NCBI GenBank assembly: GCA_012729055.1
Contig: JAAYDW010000051.1
Span: 305-64,304, forward strand
DNA from: Deltaproteobacteria bacterium
Lineage (GTDB): Bacteria > Desulfobacterota > Syntrophia > Syntrophales > Smithellaceae
Direction of reading: 5' to 3'
DNA: 64,000 bases
Position numbers and translations under genes: made by a program. This document shows positions 61,387 to 64,000 of the stretch, one piece after another (within the stretch, counting starts at the first letter, position 1; each line of letters starts with the position of its first letter). The notes under the pieces were generated by a model. The model made no database searches and had not been told where the DNA came from. It saw only the letters and a program-made list of their open reading frames with translations.

Positions 61387-62439
61387 CTACAATCCCAAAA
61401 AGTCAAAGGGCCGGGCCGGCGCAAACAGCTTCGCCGTATCTCCCGCCAGGAAACGGTCGTCGCGCAGTTCCAGTTTTCTCACCGGCGCGGACGCGGAGAA
61501 ATCGAGCCGGTCGAGCGTCACCCAGAAGAGATTGGGCGTCAGCGTCGATTCGAAATAATAGACTTTGTTCTTGTGATCGGACACGGTGCGCCAGCGCGTG
61601 GACGAGATGTTGGGCTGTCCCGGCGTGCTGATGCCGTAGGGCACCGAAACATTGCGGATCACGCTGAAGACGCCCGCCAGCGCGATCCGGAGGTCGGCCG
61701 TTTTGGGAATGGCGTTGATGTAAAACCAGGCGCGGGCAAAGCGGTCCGCCGAGCGGTTCGTTCCCGGCAGCATGACCGTGCCGCCGATCTGCTTCCAGTA
61801 TTCGTTCAAGGCCAGCTGTCCGTCGTAGGACGGCGAGTTGGTCATCACCTGGTAGTCGCGGCTGTGGGAAATGACGAGTTTGCCGCCGAGGCATTCAAAA
61901 ATCGCGCTGTCGCCGGTCGCGTCGGAAACGGACAGATGAACGGTCGCCAGGCCGGCGACGCCGGGGGCCTTGGCGGTGACCAGGGCAAACGGCTCCCGGC
62001 GCATGGCCTCCACCGCCTCCGCCACGGTCGCGAAGTTGTCCAGCGCGTACTGGGTCCACACGGACAGGGCCAGGCCGGTTTTTTTTCCGTCCCAGGCCGG
62101 ATACCGGGATTCCGCAAGCCAGAGCAGATTGGCCGCCAGGCCTTTTTCATTGAGGCCGTCGGTGGTCGAATTGTCGTAGGCGGACGCGATCACGCTGCCG
62201 TAGAGCGATGTCCACCGGAGCGAACGGGCTCCTACGCGCCCGTCGCGCGCCATGCCGCGGGGAAACGCCCAGAGATGGGTCTTCATGTCCTCGATCCAGT
62301 CCATGCTGCGCGCGGTGAGGACCGTGTCCTGGGGGCCGAGGTAAACAATCCGCGAACAGGCCTCGGCTGAAACTGCCGCAAGCAGCAGCATTCCGGCAAT
62401 GATGCCCGCCGCGAGCATGTTTTTTCTTCGAAGATTCAT
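61387..62439 (-). CDS. Secreted Ntn hydrolase of the choloylglycine hydrolase / penicillin V acylase family
   Basis: Signal peptide ends ..SAEA/CSRIVYLG, which places the nucleophile Cys at the mature N-terminus. Confidence 0.85.
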   Translation of the reverse strand: MNLRRKNMLAAGIIAGMLLLAAVSAEACSRIVYLGPQDTVLTARSMDWIEDMKTHLWAFPRGMARDGRVGARSLRWTSLYGSVIASAYDNSTTDGLNEKGLAANLLWLAESRYPAWDGKKTGLALSVWTQYALDNFATVAEAVEAMRREPFALVTAKAPGVAGLATVHLSVSDATGDSAIFECLGGKLVISHSRDYQVMTNSPSYDGQLALNEYWKQIGGTVMLPGTNRSADRFARAWFYINAIPKTADLRIALAGVFSVIRNVSVPYGISTPGQPNISSTRWRTVSDHKNKVYYFESTLTPNLFWVTLDRLDFSASAPVRKLELRDDRFLAGDTAKLFAPARPFDFLGL

Positions 62440-62494
62440 AGGAACTCCTTTCCTTTTTTAAAGAAGTCGCCGGCCGGCGAAGGCCGCCGCGTTG

Positions 62495-64000
62495 TTATCT
62501 ATCTCCGCCCGCCGGCCCGGCGCAACTGTTTTTCCGGCGTTCTTGTCGAAAGCCCCGCCCGAGACAAAGCCATGCCAGCCCCGCGACGGACAAAAGCGTC
62601 AGTCCATAGAGGAAAGCGTCGCCCCAGACGGCGTATGGCGAGCGCTTGCGGGGGATGTAGAGCGTATGCGCGGAGACGGCCTTTTGAAAAAGCGGCGTCG
62701 GCGAACCGGGCAAAATTTCACCCGTCGGTTCCACAAAGACGCTCACGCCGGAATTGGCGACCCGGACCAGGGGAATCCGGTATTCGACCGAACGGAACAG
62801 GGCCAAAGACAGGTGGATGACCGACGCGGGGCTTTTGCCGAACCAGGCGTCGTCCGCCATGTTGACAAGCACGTTGCCGCCCTGCCGGACGAACCGGCGG
62901 GTGTGGTCCGAGAAGACGGCCTCGTAGCACAAAGACGGAATGAGCCGCGCCGCTGAGCCTGCGGCATAGGTCACGACGCCGCGGTCGCCCGGCACAAAGG
63001 GCATCACGCCGGGAAAAAATTTTCTCAAAAACGGCAGTTCCCGCTCCAGCGGCAGATACTCGCCGAAAGGCACGAGGAGAAGTTTGCGGTACTCTTCCTG
63101 CGCCCGGCCGTCCGGATCGATCAGGATAACGCTGTTGTAATACGACCGCCCGGCATCGCCGGCCGGTGACGCGCAGGGAACCAGCAAGGGCCGGCCCGCT
63201 TCCCGGGCCAGCGGCGGAAGGTCGCGGGCCGCTTCGCCGCCGCAGGAATACAGAAGCGGAATTTCCGGCCAAACCGCCAGATCCGCGTGCGGAAAACGCC
63301 TGAACGCTTCGCGGGTCATGGCCAGCGCGGTGCGCACATCGTTCGTCCGGTCTTCGGGCAAAACCGCCGGGTCCGTGACGCTGACCGGCACGTTGGGTTG
63401 GACGGCGATCACGGTGATGCGGCGTTTTGGCCCGGCCGCCTGCCTTTCCCGGTCCATAGACTCCAGGCGCCAGGTCCCGTAGGACGTCAACAACACGAAA
63501 ACCAAGCCGATCATTGCGAGCGCCGGCCAGGGAGATCCGGAAGAGCCGCGCGCCGTGAGGGCGCGGACGATTTGGAAATTGACGAGATAAACAAGGAAAA
63601 GCAAAAGCGGCGCTCCGCCGAGGTCGAGCGCCTGCAGAAGGACGGGCCAGCCGTAGAGGTTATGGGCTTCGCTGCCGGGGAAAACCTGCGGCGTCCAGGT
63701 CCTGAGAACGGCGAGCGCCGCCGCCGCGAACCAGACGCCCGCCTGGCGCTCGAACAGCCGGAATTTGCCCGCCAGAAAGCCGAAGACCGCGTACGGCAGG
63801 GCGGAAAGGGCGCAAAAGACCAGCGTCCAGCCCCAGGCCGTCCAGGCTGAAAGGCCCACCATTGTGGAAAGCGGGATCCTGATCCACCAGACGGCGGCAA
63901 GCCAGAAGCCGAAACCGTAAACCCAACCGGCCGCGAAACCTTTTGCGGGCGAGGTCCGGAAAAGCGCGATACCCAGCGGAACGAGGCACCCCCAGACGGC
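62495..64000 (-). CDS. lnt: Apolipoprotein N-acyltransferase; N-terminus lies outside the window
   Basis: The frame stays open from 63862 to base 64000 (..GFGFWLAAVWWIRIPLSTMVGLS..). C-N hydrolase domain (VWPE, LICYE-like SLCYEAVF). Multi-TM N-terminal part. Confidence 0.9.
   Translation of the reverse strand, partial: AVWGCLVPLGIALFRTSPAKGFAAGWVYGFGFWLAAVWWIRIPLSTMVGLSAWTAWGWTLVFCALSALPYAVFGFLAGKFRLFERQAGVWFAAAALAVLRTWTPQVFPGSEAHNLYGWPVLLQALDLGGAPLLLFLVYLVNFQIVRALTARGSSGSPWPALAMIGLVFVLLTSYGTWRLESMDRERQAAGPKRRITVIAVQPNVPVSVTDPAVLPEDRTNDVRTALAMTREAFRRFPHADLAVWPEIPLLYSCGGEAARDLPPLAREAGRPLLVPCASPAGDAGRSYYNSVILIDPDGRAQEEYRKLLLVPFGEYLPLERELPFLRKFFPGVMPFVPGDRGVVTYAAGSAARLIPSLCYEAVFSDHTRRFVRQGGNVLVNMADDAWFGKSPASVIHLSLALFRSVEYRIPLVRVANSGVSVFVEPTGEILPGSPTPLFQKAVSAHTLYIPRKRSPYAVWGDAFLYGLTLLSVAGLAWLCLGRGFRQERRKNSCAGPAGGDR

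Overview
GC-rich (about 60% by eye) bacterial chromosomal segment. The gene content looks like an anaerobic Desulfobacterota/Syntrophia-like diderm, but that is inference only. I can support about 55 protein-coding genes. I recognised no rRNA, tRNA, CRISPR array, transposase or integrase.

Gene order, left to right:
- A beta-oxidation pair: fadB/J-like (5' partial) and acyl-CoA dehydrogenase.
- A divergent AcoR-like sigma-54 activator.
- A secreted cutinase/PETase-family hydrolase followed by a Lif-type lipase foldase.
- A carboxyltransferase, an O-methyltransferase, a LuxR-type regulator and a FemAB-family gene.
- A cell-envelope cluster: GGDEF protein, MtgA, LysM-NlpC/P60 and an OmpA-like lipoprotein.
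- Aconitase, icd and rlmN.
- A hybrid histidine kinase plus a response regulator.
- A TetR-headed RND efflux operon with two TolC paralogs and a P-II-like tail gene.
- GT2, cysK, metY and mnmA.
- A PAS histidine kinase whose phosphoacceptor His is replaced.
- A complete N-type ATPase operon (atpDCQRBEFAG) with extra genes at both ends and a consensus sigma-54 promoter.
- MscS, a DASS transporter, an ADP-forming acyl-CoA synthetase alpha subunit, an esterase, two MFS transporters and a second cytidylate-kinase-like gene.
- PBP1A, a choloylglycine-family Ntn hydrolase and lnt (5' partial at the window end).

Best candidates for something new:
1. A sigma-54/AcoR-type controlled cutinase/PETase-like polyesterase paired with a Lif steric foldase, next to beta-oxidation genes.
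2. The decorated, sigma-54-driven N-ATPase operon.

Limits: all homology calls are by-eye motif recognition from memory, with no searches run. CDS coordinates follow the ORF track and include the stop codon. Internal start choices and small-motif coordinates were hand-indexed and may be off by 1-2 nt.
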